DNA of 64,000 nt, from positions 4,354-68,353 of IMG/VR virus record IMGVR_UViG_3300028430_000572. The stretch is one strand, 5' to 3'. Positions 9,931-20,471 of this stretch are shown piece by piece; positions within the stretch are counted from its first letter, which is position 1; every line of letters starts with the position of its first letter. Below the pieces are notes generated by a model. It saw only the letters and a list, made by a program, of their open reading frames with translations. It was not told the origin of the DNA and did not search any database. The position numbers were made by a program, and so were the translations under genes. Source of the stretch: a virus.

Positions 9931-10989
9931 TTAGCCGCCGCGAATCTTTGCCGCCAATCGTTCGACTCTCGCTCGTTGCTTAGACGAAAGCGAAGCAAGC
10001 AAATCCGAATCGTCGATAGTGCTTGTGCCGTCGGCGTGAACCAATTTGTCGAGCGATGCAACGCGCGACTCGAAGGCTGCCCGCTTAATAATCGATGGGA
10101 AGAAGTCGGCCCTTCGCTCGGGCGGACCTTTGCGAAGCCATTGCGAGAAACTCGAACTTGGTCCAGCATCGGGATTGCGTTGCGACGCTCGGCGCACGTC
10201 ACGATCTACGTTTGCATTGCCGAAAACTGGAACCCACACGCACCGACAACCGGGATGAGCTGGGATCGCCGGAGCGTCATCGATCGGGAACTCCCGATCG
10301 TGATTGGACGCACACACGGGGCACGTTCGCGTATCAAACGTCGCATTCCATCGCAAGCCTACGACGCGCCCTGAGTCGCGATACGACTCGATTGCTGCCT
10401 CGTTGCTCGCGGCCATGAGCGTTGTTCTTGCGAGCGAAGCGGCTTCGTTGCTTGTCGATTGAATGATCGTCCGCAGTTGCGGGACGATTTCTCGCAGCGG
10501 CACCGATTCTGCGAGCGACTTTGCAAGCAAAGACCTTGCGCGTCGCTCCGCTTGTGCGCCGATGTTCCAAACCGTTTGCGATCCGGGGATGCGAGCACTC
10601 AACAACGCGCGGACTTGTCTTTGCGGGATCGCAGCAAACGACACGGCCAAAGAGCCGCCGCGAGATCGAGCAACGGACCTGCCCACGATTTCAGAGTATC
10701 GCGCCCTTTCGACCCTGAACGCATCGCGGCGAACGCGGGAAGCAATCCGCAAAGCCGCGTCTCGCTGAGCCTTCGTAATCTGCCCGATCATAAACAAGAC
10801 TTCGGCGCGTCTTGCTTGTTCCGTTTGATCGGTCGCAGTTCTGATAACGCGATTAAAATCGCGGACCCACTGCTTCGTGATTTTGTCGATCTGCGACTTT
10901 GCTCGATCGGATACGGCCTGCTCGCGAAGGATCAACCGCGATCGCTGAGCGAGAACATCTTGTCCGATCCTTCGTGCTGCCTTTGCCAT
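9931..10989 (-). CDS. Head morphogenesis protein (SPP1 gp7/MuF family)
   Basis: LARTT ... WNATFDTRTCPVC ... PAHPGCRC motifs. Confidence 0.85.
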   Translation of the reverse strand: MAKAARRIGQDVLAQRSRLILREQAVSDRAKSQIDKITKQWVRDFNRVIRTATDQTEQARRAEVLFMIGQITKAQRDAALRIASRVRRDAFRVERARYSEIVGRSVARSRGGSLAVSFAAIPQRQVRALLSARIPGSQTVWNIGAQAERRARSLLAKSLAESVPLREIVPQLRTIIQSTSNEAASLARTTLMAASNEAAIESYRDSGRVVGLRWNATFDTRTCPVCASNHDREFPIDDAPAIPAHPGCRCVWVPVFGNANVDRDVRRASQRNPDAGPSSSFSQWLRKGPPERRADFFPSIIKRAAFESRVASLDKLVHADGTSTIDDSDLLASLSSKQRARVERLAAKIRGG

Positions 10990-11000
10990 GAGCAATCGTA

Positions 11001-11243
11001 TTACGCTTGCAGTCGAGGATCGGAATGGTCGATGTTGTGCTTATCGCAAAGTTCTTGGATCGTCTTCGCAAGACGCGACGCGATTTCGTAATCGGGAGTT
11101 CCGATCTGACTTGCAAGCGGATGTTTCTTGACGAACATCGTCAGACGATCAATCGAAGAAACGATTTCGCCCGGAAGCGGGTCGCTCGCTTCATTCTGAT
11201 TCTCGCGTTCCGCGCTTGCGCCTGTAAACTCGGAGGTCTTCAT
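11001..11243 (-). CDS. Hypothetical protein
   Basis: Short ORF filling the gap before the gp7-like gene; start uncertain. Confidence 0.4.
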   Translation of the reverse strand: MKTSEFTGASAERENQNEASDPLPGEIVSSIDRLTMFVKKHPLASQIGTPDYEIASRLAKTIQELCDKHNIDHSDPRLQA

Positions 11244-11463
11244 CACGAGATGATAGCCATTGCTGAGCCATACCCATTTGTGCGTGCTGATTGCCGATCG
11301 TGCGATAGAGCGTGTAGGTCGTGCCTTCTTGATCCGTCGATGTAAACATGAGCACGGCATGGTCGATAAACGAGTCTTGTGCAGCCTCTTCGACACGATC
11401 GACGGCCTTCTCCATCTTGTCAACGAAGTCCTCGCTGTGCTGGCCATTATCTTCGTCGGACAT
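11191..11463 (-). CDS. Hypothetical protein (paralogue of 29876..30421)
   Basis: AAGGA RBS; 90 aa; similarity to the other ORF seen by eye. Confidence 0.6.
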   Translation of the reverse strand: MSDEDNGQHSEDFVDKMEKAVDRVEEAAQDSFIDHAVLMFTSTDQEGTTYTLYRTIGNQHAQMGMAQQWLSSRDEDLRVYRRKRGTRESE

Positions 11464-11523
11464 AGTTATCCTTTCGATTTCGTGGCGAAATTGGTTTGAC
11501 GATCATTCGATTTCGTGGCGAAA

Positions 11524-14500
11524 TCAAACGAGCAAGAGCGGCGACACTTGCGGCACGCGGGACGCACGGGAGGCAACGAGTTCTCCTGTCCATGAAACAG
11601 ACCGCACGATGTCGGCGAGTTCATTGATCGTGCTCGAATCGCCGATGCGGCACGTCCCGCCGCCGTACTGCATCCCGTCAACAACCGTGCGATCATTGTT
11701 GCTGCAACGAAACTCGTTGAAGTTCGCGGCGGCGAGTGCTGTCATCATCGCGCCGGTAATCGCTGGGGATGTCGCCGCCCCGATCGTCCGCGTGTGAACG
11801 GTTTGTCCGCCGCATTGCAGAGCGATGCGAAGTTCGCCAGCGGCGCGATCAAGACTCATCGCGAATTGTACTGACTGCTCTGCCTCGAACGAAACTCCGA
11901 GTGCAAAGTCGGTTACGTCGATCGTCGTGCCATTCGCGCGGATGCGAAGGCTGAAACGCGATTCGCGAGTGACGGTCGAGCCCGACATCGTGATAAACGG
12001 GCTGGGGCGGAGTTCGATCCAGTTGTTTGCATCGGCCCAAAGCGTACCGATGCACCAATCAGGAGCAGCGCCGTTACGAGGCGGGCCGAATTGATCCCAC
12101 CCGAAGCCTGCGGGCGACACGGCCATTGCCCATGCCGTCGTCCATGCTCCGGTAAGCCCAAGCCCCGTCACGGTTGCAATCTCGTCGGGGCCGGTGAACG
12201 TGCCGCCGATCGTCGCCGATCGCTGCAATGAATATGGGAACGCTCCTTGGCCTTCGATAACCTCAGTGCATCCGGTGAAATACAGGTCTTGCGGATACTT
12301 GAGATTCGCGAGCGTGCTATCCGCGAGCATCCATCCGTCGTTTGTGTTCGGGCTGTTTCGTTGAATCAGATCGGCGAACGTGATCGGGAACCACTCATTG
12401 CTTGTCGGAACCGTGATAGCGCCGCTTGGCCGATTGTCGTAGGGCGGGCCAGACTCGGATCGAAGGAACAACGGCGAGTTGCCCGTTGCAGCGTCGCCCA
12501 TGTTTCCTCCGGTCGCTGATCGAATCCACGACTCGGACAATCCATGTCGATGAGCGGCCCAGCAGCGAACGCGGACGTGCGTAGCCGTCAAAGCAAAGTT
12601 GGTCGAATATTGGTTCGCGCCGACGAGCGAGTTGGAAGCGAATGAGCATCGCACAAGTCCGGTCGAAGACAACGAAGTTCCTTGCGTGAGCCCGAAGAAT
12701 ATTGCCATAACTCGCGGCGAGTTCTGATTCGACGAGTCGTGCCAAAACGGTGGCGGCGAGAAGTCGCCGACCGACTGCCCGACCGAGCCCGACGCAGAAT
12801 CGTTCGCGATCTTGAATCGTTGCAGATTGCCGCCGATCTTTCGCTGGCCGCTCGATGCAAACGCAATCCCGTTCCTGCCAGCGAGCGAAGCAATCGAAAA
12901 CGCGGAGTCCGCGAGCCCATCGTTAGCGCGATTTACGCCGCCGCACGAAACGTTGAGAAGTCGCGCAGATCGAACATCGGGGAGTCGCTGGCGGACGATG
13001 CGATTGTCGGATTGCCGCCGGTAGTAAATAAAGCCGTTTGCAATGTTCGATCCAAGGGAGAACGGCTCGCGAGTGAATCCGCAGAAAGCCCACGTCCGCC
13101 CGCCGTCGCGAGAAATGACGGCTTGATCGATGCCGGTGACGTTGCGCGAGTTGAGTTGCTGATTGGCCGACCATTCGCCGAGAATGTCGAAGTTGCCGCT
13201 CGCGTCGCCTTCGGGCCTGTCCGCTTGAATTACAAGCGTGAGCGTACCTTGCGATCCCCAATTTGCGAGATTGACATCGACACCAGACACGGCCCCGGAG
13301 ATACCCGATCGAGCATTGCGAACGCCGCCAGCGACGCGAGCGATGCGCGGAACGTAATTCGTCGCCGAAGTACCGACGATGTATTCGCAAAGAAACGAGT
13401 TGACAGCATCCGGCCCGAGAATGAGTTTGTTCGTTTCGACGTGCGGGGCCATGCCGACCCAATTCGATCCTTGGAACTGCGTGCCGCGAATGCGACCGGC
13501 AACGCCAGTGCTCGTCAGTACGCCGTTGGTAAACACACCCGAGTCTTGTACGCCATCGCGATTGTAAGAAACCTCGAAGTCGTCGTACGAATCGGGCTGG
13601 AATCGAACTTCGGTAATTGATGAGTAACCGATGTCCGACTCGTGCTGCAACAAAGCGATTTTGCCGTCGTCTCGAAGAACCATGCCCACGCCCTGCGGCT
13701 GGCAGTTCTGCGGGCCAATGTTCTGCCATCGAGTGCCGATCGTCGCGGGCGCGTCACTCTCGGGCGGCGTTGCGTTCGCGCTATGCGCCACAAAGCAAGC
13801 GTACACCTTGCCATTCGGTCGGCTGACAAGATCCCCGACGATGTAGTTTGTCGCCGCTGACCATGCGGGCGGTCTCGTAATGCCGTTGCCGCTCGGGCCG
13901 ATATCTCGCCAGTTCGTCGGATCGGACAGAGGGGCAGTCGTGCCTGAGCCGTTTGTTCTCCGCTCGTATCCGCGACCGACGGACGCAACGCGATCGCCGA
14001 TCGCGTAACTGCGACCAGACTCCCAAGCAAACAGAGTTGCCGCCGCCTTGCTGAATCGGCCCCACTTGATTTGATTTGGCGTGCCGGTTTGATCGGGCAC
14101 AAATCGCGACGCTGCATCGGGTCGCGTCATCCTGAACCAGTACGACGTGCCGCCATCGGGCTCAACGTTCGCACCTTCGCCGCTGCCCGGGTTGTTGAAG
14201 TAATCCTGAGCACACAACCAAACTTCGGTGAGCGGCTGACCGATCGTGCGGCGAGGGCACCAGTACGACTGGAACGACCACATATTGCCGCGAGCCTTGC
14301 CCTTGTTCGTCGGCGTAAGGCGATCGTCAATCGTGTATTGCCACGTCTGGCCGTAATCGTTGCTGACAGCGAACGCGCAGCCGATTGTCTCGTCGCCGGT
14401 CCAGTTCGTTGCTGTGCCGCCCGTACGCTCAACGATGCGGCAGAATGCAACGATCGTGCCGTGGACGATCTGTGCTCGGATGAGTTGATACAGGAACCCG

Positions 14501-14931
14501 TCATCGTTTGCCGTGCCTGCAATGCGACGCAAGTCGGGGCCGCGAGAGCCTGTCGCCCGCACATACGAAAGGTTAGTCAAGAGCGTTTCTTGGCCGGTCT
14601 GCTCGTTGATGCGAACGACTTTGATCGTGCCGGTCGAGTTGTCGCCCGAAAGAAGTCGATTGAAGACAAGCGTTGTGCCGTCGATATCGCGACCGACAGC
14701 GATAGCGGCATCGCTCGTCGTGTCGCCGCTGACGATGTTCGCAATCGTTTCAACCGGACCCGGAGCGCCAGCGATCGAAATGCGGCGACCGTATCGCGGG
14801 ACGTTTGCGGCGACTCGTTCGCCAACGGGCGACATCGTTTCAACGTTGCGAGAGAACTGCAAGTATGACGGAGTGCCGGTGCCCGCGCGCTGGGTGAGAT
14901 CAAAGTTGCGAATCGAAGTAAATTGGCTCAA
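11524..14931 (-). CDS. Large virion-associated protein with Asp-box (BNR) repeats and carbohydrate-binding modules
   Basis: 1135 aa; Asp-boxes SNDYGQTW and SRDGGRTW; two CBM5/12-like repeats AWESGRSYAIGDRV and AWSAATNYIVGDLV; beta-rich C-terminus. Confidence 0.7.
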   Translation of the reverse strand: MSQFTSIRNFDLTQRAGTGTPSYLQFSRNVETMSPVGERVAANVPRYGRRISIAGAPGPVETIANIVSGDTTSDAAIAVGRDIDGTTLVFNRLLSGDNSTGTIKVVRINEQTGQETLLTNLSYVRATGSRGPDLRRIAGTANDDGFLYQLIRAQIVHGTIVAFCRIVERTGGTATNWTGDETIGCAFAVSNDYGQTWQYTIDDRLTPTNKGKARGNMWSFQSYWCPRRTIGQPLTEVWLCAQDYFNNPGSGEGANVEPDGGTSYWFRMTRPDAASRFVPDQTGTPNQIKWGRFSKAAATLFAWESGRSYAIGDRVASVGRGYERRTNGSGTTAPLSDPTNWRDIGPSGNGITRPPAWSAATNYIVGDLVSRPNGKVYACFVAHSANATPPESDAPATIGTRWQNIGPQNCQPQGVGMVLRDDGKIALLQHESDIGYSSITEVRFQPDSYDDFEVSYNRDGVQDSGVFTNGVLTSTGVAGRIRGTQFQGSNWVGMAPHVETNKLILGPDAVNSFLCEYIVGTSATNYVPRIARVAGGVRNARSGISGAVSGVDVNLANWGSQGTLTLVIQADRPEGDASGNFDILGEWSANQQLNSRNVTGIDQAVISRDGGRTWAFCGFTREPFSLGSNIANGFIYYRRQSDNRIVRQRLPDVRSARLLNVSCGGVNRANDGLADSAFSIASLAGRNGIAFASSGQRKIGGNLQRFKIANDSASGSVGQSVGDFSPPPFWHDSSNQNSPRVMAIFFGLTQGTSLSSTGLVRCSFASNSLVGANQYSTNFALTATHVRVRCWAAHRHGLSESWIRSATGGNMGDAATGNSPLFLRSESGPPYDNRPSGAITVPTSNEWFPITFADLIQRNSPNTNDGWMLADSTLANLKYPQDLYFTGCTEVIEGQGAFPYSLQRSATIGGTFTGPDEIATVTGLGLTGAWTTAWAMAVSPAGFGWDQFGPPRNGAAPDWCIGTLWADANNWIELRPSPFITMSGSTVTRESRFSLRIRANGTTIDVTDFALGVSFEAEQSVQFAMSLDRAAGELRIALQCGGQTVHTRTIGAATSPAITGAMMTALAAANFNEFRCSNNDRTVVDGMQYGGGTCRIGDSSTINELADIVRSVSWTGELVASRASRVPQVSPLLLV

Positions 14932-14994
14932 GGGACAACTCCCAATTTCGTGGCGAAATCGAACGACGAGTGATTCGACTGTTTGTGATTGTGA

Positions 14995-15351
14995 TTACGG
15001 CAGCTCGATGCCGTAGCCGTACCTTGCCGCCCCGCCGACCCCGCGAACGAAAAGGGCTTGCACGTTGCCGACTGCGAGCGGATCGCCGTTGCTTACGACT
15101 GCACCGAACGCGCGACGCTCGCCAGCCTTGAGTCGCTCCCAATATTCTTCGACCACAACGCCATTGCGAACGCGGTCGTAGGCAGGAATGCGAACCTCAA
15201 GCGGGAAGTTGCTGTCGAGTTCGCAAACGACCCACACGGCGCGAGGCGGCTCGCCATCGGGTCGAATCGATCCTGCGGTCGAGCGACAATCGAGAGGGGT
15301 AGAGAACGACGGAGAAACGGCGCTTGTCAAATCGCGGCCCGTAGATGCCAT
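14995..15351 (-). CDS. Hypothetical (possibly structural) protein
   Basis: 118 aa, GGGAG RBS, between the portal and the large virion gene. Confidence 0.55.
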   Translation of the reverse strand: MASTGRDLTSAVSPSFSTPLDCRSTAGSIRPDGEPPRAVWVVCELDSNFPLEVRIPAYDRVRNGVVVEEYWERLKAGERRAFGAVVSNGDPLAVGNVQALFVRGVGGAARYGYGIELP

Positions 15352-15387
15352 GACGATGCTCCCATGTTACGGGCGGGTCGATTGATG

Positions 15388-17172
15388 CTAGGCGTTGTCG
15401 CCGCCGTCTTCTTCGTCGTTATCTTCGTCGTCCTGCGATTCGATGCTTTCGTATTCGGAATCGTCGTCTTGCATTTCAGGATCGCCGACATCGCCGACGA
15501 GTTGCGATGTTTCTGTTGCCGCGTTGTGAAGTGCCATTCGCGAGAGCAAAGCGGACTTGAGATCGTCGGGCATACCCATTGCACGGACGAGCATCTCGGC
15601 CGTGAGGATACCTTCTCGCTGCAACTCCGAGATCGAAGAAACAAGCGACGGCGTGATATTGAACTGCCGCGCGACTTCTTCTGCGTACTCACGATCGTCG
15701 GAAAACGGTTCGAGTTTGGCGATGATGCGCTCGATTACGCGACGAAGCAATGTCGGGGGAACGAACGGGGCGGTCGCAAGTTCTTTGGCAATCGAGATCA
15801 TCTCGCCGATTGAAGCAACGTCGAACTGCCGCGAGTATGTCGTATGCGATGCGAGTTCCGACTTATCGCCAAGAATCCCGAGCATCGTGGCGAGCCAGTT
15901 GTCAATCGTTTCGATCGAATCGGTAGCCTGCTCAAGGTACTTGTAGAGCGGCTCCATATCTCGAATCTTCTTCGTCGCCGCTTCTGCAACGTTCTTGCTT
16001 GCGGTGTTGTCGAGGCACGCGACTTCGTACATCTCGGTCACGATTGCGTCCGCACTTTCGGCGAGCGATCGAGCCTGATCGGGATCAGCGCCGAACGATC
16101 CGACTTTGGCGTTTTCGTTGGAAATGAAAATCGTGTTGCCGGGTCCTGACGCAATCGACGAGTTGCCCTGCCCTTCAACGCCGACGATGTACCTCTGCGT
16201 AAACGTTGCTTGTGCGTGCTCTTCGTTCTTGTACGAGATGAGATTCGTGTGCGTCCGCTGCATGTTCGCCAGCGGCATCGAAGGGAACATCACATCGAGA
16301 AACGCCCACGGGCAAGCCGGGAAGTTGTGCGTCTGCACTTCGACAATCTTGAGCACGGTCTTGGCTACTTGCGACTTGCCTTCGCCCGAAACTTCGATTT
16401 CTTCGATGTACTTCGCCCACCACTGATCGGTCCATTCGATCCAGAACTTGCTTTCGACTTCGGGGCTTGCAAACGACTCGCGGGATCGCTGCGTGTACTC
16501 AATGACAACGCGATACACGCGACCTTGTTTGAACGTGCTTTTGTCGTCGTAATCGACAGAGTAATCGACGATCGAATCGGGCTCGGCAGAGACGATGTAC
16601 GGCCTGCCTTGATTCTCGGGGTCTTGCTGACGTGCAGCCGCTGCCGTTACGATCGGCTGGCCGCGAGCATCGCGGGAGTCTGGCTCGATTCGCTTCGAGT
16701 CAACGCCGATCCATGCTCTGCCAAACTTGAGCGAGTCGTAGACAGTCGCCGCGATCCATTCGTCCATCTTGACGCGAGCAAACTCGGACGCGAGCGATTC
16801 GGCACGCTTGGGCTTTGCAGACGTGAGATAACCGGCAACTTGTGACACAATCGAGCGAAAGTGCGGGACGGGACTCGCCATCGAAACGCGGCGACGATAC
16901 CGAAGCGATCCGGCGGCGCTGCCTTGCGCCATCGACTGCTGCACAGTCGTAGCGGTGCCTGTCGCGCCGCCGATTTGCGCTTCGCCTTCGTGCGGCAAAA
17001 TAATCGGCTCGCCGAACTGATCCAACCCGCGACGATAATCGTCGTCGCAGTTGTAAGACATCCTCAAGAATCGAACGTTGTTCTTGTTGGCGTACGCCCA
17101 CGATGCGAACGTAGCACCGTTTGAGCCGGGGACAACGCCGACTTGCGGCAGAGGGAGTTGCTTGATCTTCAT
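15388..17172 (-). CDS. Portal protein
   Basis: 594 aa, one gene downstream of the terminase; portal-like C-terminal half (AEAATKKIRD, YSRQFDV) and an acidic tail. Confidence 0.7.
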   Translation of the reverse strand: MKIKQLPLPQVGVVPGSNGATFASWAYANKNNVRFLRMSYNCDDDYRRGLDQFGEPIILPHEGEAQIGGATGTATTVQQSMAQGSAAGSLRYRRRVSMASPVPHFRSIVSQVAGYLTSAKPKRAESLASEFARVKMDEWIAATVYDSLKFGRAWIGVDSKRIEPDSRDARGQPIVTAAAARQQDPENQGRPYIVSAEPDSIVDYSVDYDDKSTFKQGRVYRVVIEYTQRSRESFASPEVESKFWIEWTDQWWAKYIEEIEVSGEGKSQVAKTVLKIVEVQTHNFPACPWAFLDVMFPSMPLANMQRTHTNLISYKNEEHAQATFTQRYIVGVEGQGNSSIASGPGNTIFISNENAKVGSFGADPDQARSLAESADAIVTEMYEVACLDNTASKNVAEAATKKIRDMEPLYKYLEQATDSIETIDNWLATMLGILGDKSELASHTTYSRQFDVASIGEMISIAKELATAPFVPPTLLRRVIERIIAKLEPFSDDREYAEEVARQFNITPSLVSSISELQREGILTAEMLVRAMGMPDDLKSALLSRMALHNAATETSQLVGDVGDPEMQDDDSEYESIESQDDEDNDEEDGGDNA

Positions 17173-17945
17173 GTGACAAGTCTAGGCAGCGGCGATTTCG
17201 TGTCGAAATTGAGCAACACATCTTGTAGCCTGCGTTTCGACACCTCGAAATATCGATCGTCGAGTTCGATGCCGATAAACCTGCGATTGGTCTTGATAGC
17301 GACCTCGCCCGTCGTGCCGGAGCCCATGAAGCAATCGAGCACGGTGCCTCGATTAAACGGTTCACATCTGTCGATGATCCATCGCATGAAATCGATAGGC
17401 TTCGCGCACGGGTGAGTGTGCTTCGGAGCAGATGGACTCATTGTTCTAAATATCAATGTATCGCTTCTGGCTCCGAGTCCGTTCGCGAGATATGGGTCAG
17501 GGCCATATACAACCACCGGATGAGTGTTCTGCCATCCCCACGAACACCGACTGCCCGCTGCTGGCGATGAGACGCTAAGTACCCAAGTCGGCATCGGATA
17601 AAGCCACTCGGAAAGACGACCGGGAGTGAAAACAACGATCGGAGCAATTCTGCGGGCTTGCGGTAGCCATAGTCGAGCGAGAGCGGCAACATTCTCGCGC
17701 GTGTCATCGAACGATCTGTAATCAAGCCCTACGCCGTAGGGAGGATCGGTGCAGACAAGATCGACGCATCCATCTGGCATTGCCGACATTACCTCTTCGC
17801 ACTTGCCGCGATAGATCGTGACCCGCCCGCAGTCGCTCTGCCATTTGTCTTGCGTTGAATAAACGACCGGGCCGACATTCTTCCACCAGAGCGAAGAAAT
17901 GCGTTCGGGCTTACGAGAGATTTTTTTGGTGTTCCGTTTAGCCAT
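17169..17945 (-). CDS. DNA methyltransferase (beta class, N6A/N4C)
   Basis: Motif IV TDPPY, HPCAKP and motif I DCFMGSGTTG. Confidence 0.9.
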   Translation of the reverse strand: MAKRNTKKISRKPERISSLWWKNVGPVVYSTQDKWQSDCGRVTIYRGKCEEVMSAMPDGCVDLVCTDPPYGVGLDYRSFDDTRENVAALARLWLPQARRIAPIVVFTPGRLSEWLYPMPTWVLSVSSPAAGSRCSWGWQNTHPVVVYGPDPYLANGLGARSDTLIFRTMSPSAPKHTHPCAKPIDFMRWIIDRCEPFNRGTVLDCFMGSGTTGEVAIKTNRRFIGIELDDRYFEVSKRRLQDVLLNFDTKSPLPRLVT

Positions 17946-17967
17946 TTGATTTCGCCACGAAATTGAA

Positions 17968-19395
17968 TCAAGTCCACCCGATACGCAGCGTGCTCGCGTT
18001 GCGTGACTTCGGCACGGGATACTTCTTGACGATGTAGTACGACACCGCATCGCTCATGTGCGTGAGCCGCCGATCGGGTCCGGGGTCGAGTTCGCCCGAA
18101 CCTTTCTTGTATGCCACTTGCTCAAAGTCTTGGATGAGCGTCTTGCATTTTGACGAAACGATAATCCTCGGTTGTCCTGCCGCTGGCTTGAGCGATCCGT
18201 TTACCGCTGCGATGCGCTCTTGTATCGCCGGGTTCGCTTTGCTCCACGCGGGAACAAACCTTGACCCGAAAGACGACGACATTTTGATCGAAATCATGTC
18301 GTAATCCGAGTGATTGCTTTTCGTGTTGCGCTGATTGCCGCTCGCGTCGCCGTACACGCTTACGACGGAAGGCGACAGGGCATTCACGCGACGCGCGACC
18401 TCATCGAACATCGAAGGCGTGTCGGCACCATCCATGACGATTTCATCGAACGCAATCGACTTGTCTGGCAACTCGCAAAGCAAACACACGCAGTACGGCG
18501 AACGGTTGAAGTCAACCGCGACGACGATACGCAGCGATCCGGGATCGGGCAGTTTGAACTCGCTCGGCTGGACAACATGCAACTTGCGATCAAACGAACG
18601 GTAAACATGCCCTTTGCGGAGCGATACAAATTTGCCGTCTACTTCCTGAGCCAAGAACGTTTCGTCGTATGACTCTTCCAATCGCTGAACGAATGACTTT
18701 GGCAGATAGTCATTGTCCCGCGTCGTCATTTGAATCATGCGATGATCGGCGGTCTGTCGAGTCGCGAACCGATCGTAAATCCAGTCATACCCGTTGGGAG
18801 TCGTCGTCAGTCGGATAATGCGACGCCTAGCCTTCGGGCATCGCAATCGACCAATAACAATGTCATACGTGCCCTGCACGATATCGCGCGCTTCGTCGAG
18901 CACCGCCCACCCGAGATCAAGTCCGCGAATCGCGTCGGGGTTATCAAGCGACCGAGCGACCGCTTGGCCCCATGCGCGAACCGTAAGCACGCCGTCGTGT
19001 TTCTTGAAGTTGCTTGCAAATCCCCACTCGGCAGGCGGCTGTCGATTGAACACCCAATCGATGCCCTGCTCAAGCCCCATCTCTGACAAAAACGCCCAGA
19101 GTCGAGGCAAGACCGACTGATGCAACTGCGAGTAAGTGTTGGCGAAGATGCCGCCGATCGTCCCTGTCCCTGCCTCGGATTGCATGATGATCGTAACCGC
19201 ACGCATGAGCGCATGGGTCTTACCAGAGCCGATGCCACCAACGCCAGCGATTGCGAACGTATCGAGATCGGTCAAGAACTCGTATTGCCAAGGCAAGCAA
19301 GCGAATCGATGCTCGCGGATGATCGGCCCCGTATCGCTCGCCTGCTGCTGCGTGTCGATTTCGATATTGCCGATTGTGCTTTTGCCGAAAATCAT
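17968..19395 (-). CDS. terL: Terminase large subunit
   Basis: Walker A GGIGSGKT, Walker B AVLDEA, TTTPNG, nuclease motifs VDFN, GDASG and HMSDAVSY. Confidence 0.92.
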   Translation of the reverse strand: MIFGKSTIGNIEIDTQQQASDTGPIIREHRFACLPWQYEFLTDLDTFAIAGVGGIGSGKTHALMRAVTIIMQSEAGTGTIGGIFANTYSQLHQSVLPRLWAFLSEMGLEQGIDWVFNRQPPAEWGFASNFKKHDGVLTVRAWGQAVARSLDNPDAIRGLDLGWAVLDEARDIVQGTYDIVIGRLRCPKARRRIIRLTTTPNGYDWIYDRFATRQTADHRMIQMTTRDNDYLPKSFVQRLEESYDETFLAQEVDGKFVSLRKGHVYRSFDRKLHVVQPSEFKLPDPGSLRIVVAVDFNRSPYCVCLLCELPDKSIAFDEIVMDGADTPSMFDEVARRVNALSPSVVSVYGDASGNQRNTKSNHSDYDMISIKMSSSFGSRFVPAWSKANPAIQERIAAVNGSLKPAAGQPRIIVSSKCKTLIQDFEQVAYKKGSGELDPGPDRRLTHMSDAVSYYIVKKYPVPKSRNASTLRIGWT

Positions 19396-19925
19396 GGCAC
19401 CGCCGCCTGCGGCTTGCCGCGATACCGCTCAAGTTCGCGCTGGGCTTTGAGGAGTCGCAGCGTTGCTTCGACGTGATCGGCCCGCGCCGATACAACCATT
19501 TGTGCAATCGGTCGAGTGATGAGTTCGGATACGTCAGACACGACCGAGCCGTTCGGAAGGATGATGCCCGATTCTGTTGCTTTGCGAATCACAAACAACG
19601 CAGACGGGATCGGGATGTTTGCAAGCGAAACCGCCCGCTCAACAAGTGCGTCCGCGTCTTGCTTCGTGCGTTCCCACAAGTACCACAATCGAGAGTCGGT
19701 CGTGAGTCGTTGCCAGTCGCGGATCGAAACGGGACCGTAATCCTTCGCGACCATATCGGCACTTACCGACATCCACGCAGACAGAACGACCGACCACTTC
19801 GATTCGCTTTTGACAACGCCGAATCGATACGACTCGGACGATACGGCTTTGCTGAGTTGCCCGATCGCAGTAATCCAAGGTATCGACGGGACAGCAATCG
19901 CTGGCTTGGAGTTTGATTTCGTCAC
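19392..19925 (-). CDS. Hypothetical protein (terminase small subunit candidate by position)
   Basis: Overlaps the terL start (ATGA); its GTG start lies inside a palindrome copy with AGGA upstream. Confidence 0.5.
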   Translation of the reverse strand: MTKSNSKPAIAVPSIPWITAIGQLSKAVSSESYRFGVVKSESKWSVVLSAWMSVSADMVAKDYGPVSIRDWQRLTTDSRLWYLWERTKQDADALVERAVSLANIPIPSALFVIRKATESGIILPNGSVVSDVSELITRPIAQMVVSARADHVEATLRLLKAQRELERYRGKPQAAVP

Positions 19926-19940
19926 GAAATCGCTTTCCTG

Positions 19941-20444
19941 TTAGAACTTGTAGACTCGATCCGAACCTGCGATTTCGTCAAGCCCCGGCAGCACGTCGGA
20001 GACTTTGGCGGCTTCACGCCGACCATTTGATTCAATCGACCCGGCGACTCCCATCGCCGATCCCATCGCGGGATAGGTTGAGTAAAGATACGCTCGCTCG
20101 AACTCCGAGAAGTGAGCACGAACGAAATCGGCTCGCGGCATCTTGATATCGAGCCGCCCCGTCATCATCGCTTGTACGGTCGCGGCGATTTGCGTCCGAC
20201 GCAGGAAGTCTTTGATTGATTGCGTCGTAGCGCTCGCACACTCGGCGCAAACATCGAATCGCCCCGTCACGTCGAAGATGCGGACCTGATACATCGCTGA
20301 CGGGCTGACAAGTTCGGCGAGTTTATCGTCCGTCGATTCGTGCGTTGCAAATGAGAACTTGTTGAGTGCCCCCGGGATGAGCACAATCGAAATCGAGAAC
20401 TTGCCGACGGGGCGGCGAAACGTCTGATCGTTGATCGGGGTCAT
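19941..20444 (-). CDS. Hypothetical protein
   Basis: 167-aa ORF between two palindrome copies. Confidence 0.55.
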   Translation of the reverse strand: MTPINDQTFRRPVGKFSISIVLIPGALNKFSFATHESTDDKLAELVSPSAMYQVRIFDVTGRFDVCAECASATTQSIKDFLRRTQIAATVQAMMTGRLDIKMPRADFVRAHFSEFERAYLYSTYPAMGSAMGVAGSIESNGRREAAKVSDVLPGLDEIAGSDRVYKF

Positions 20445-20471
20445 GCAACAACGATAGGCGCTTCGATTTCG

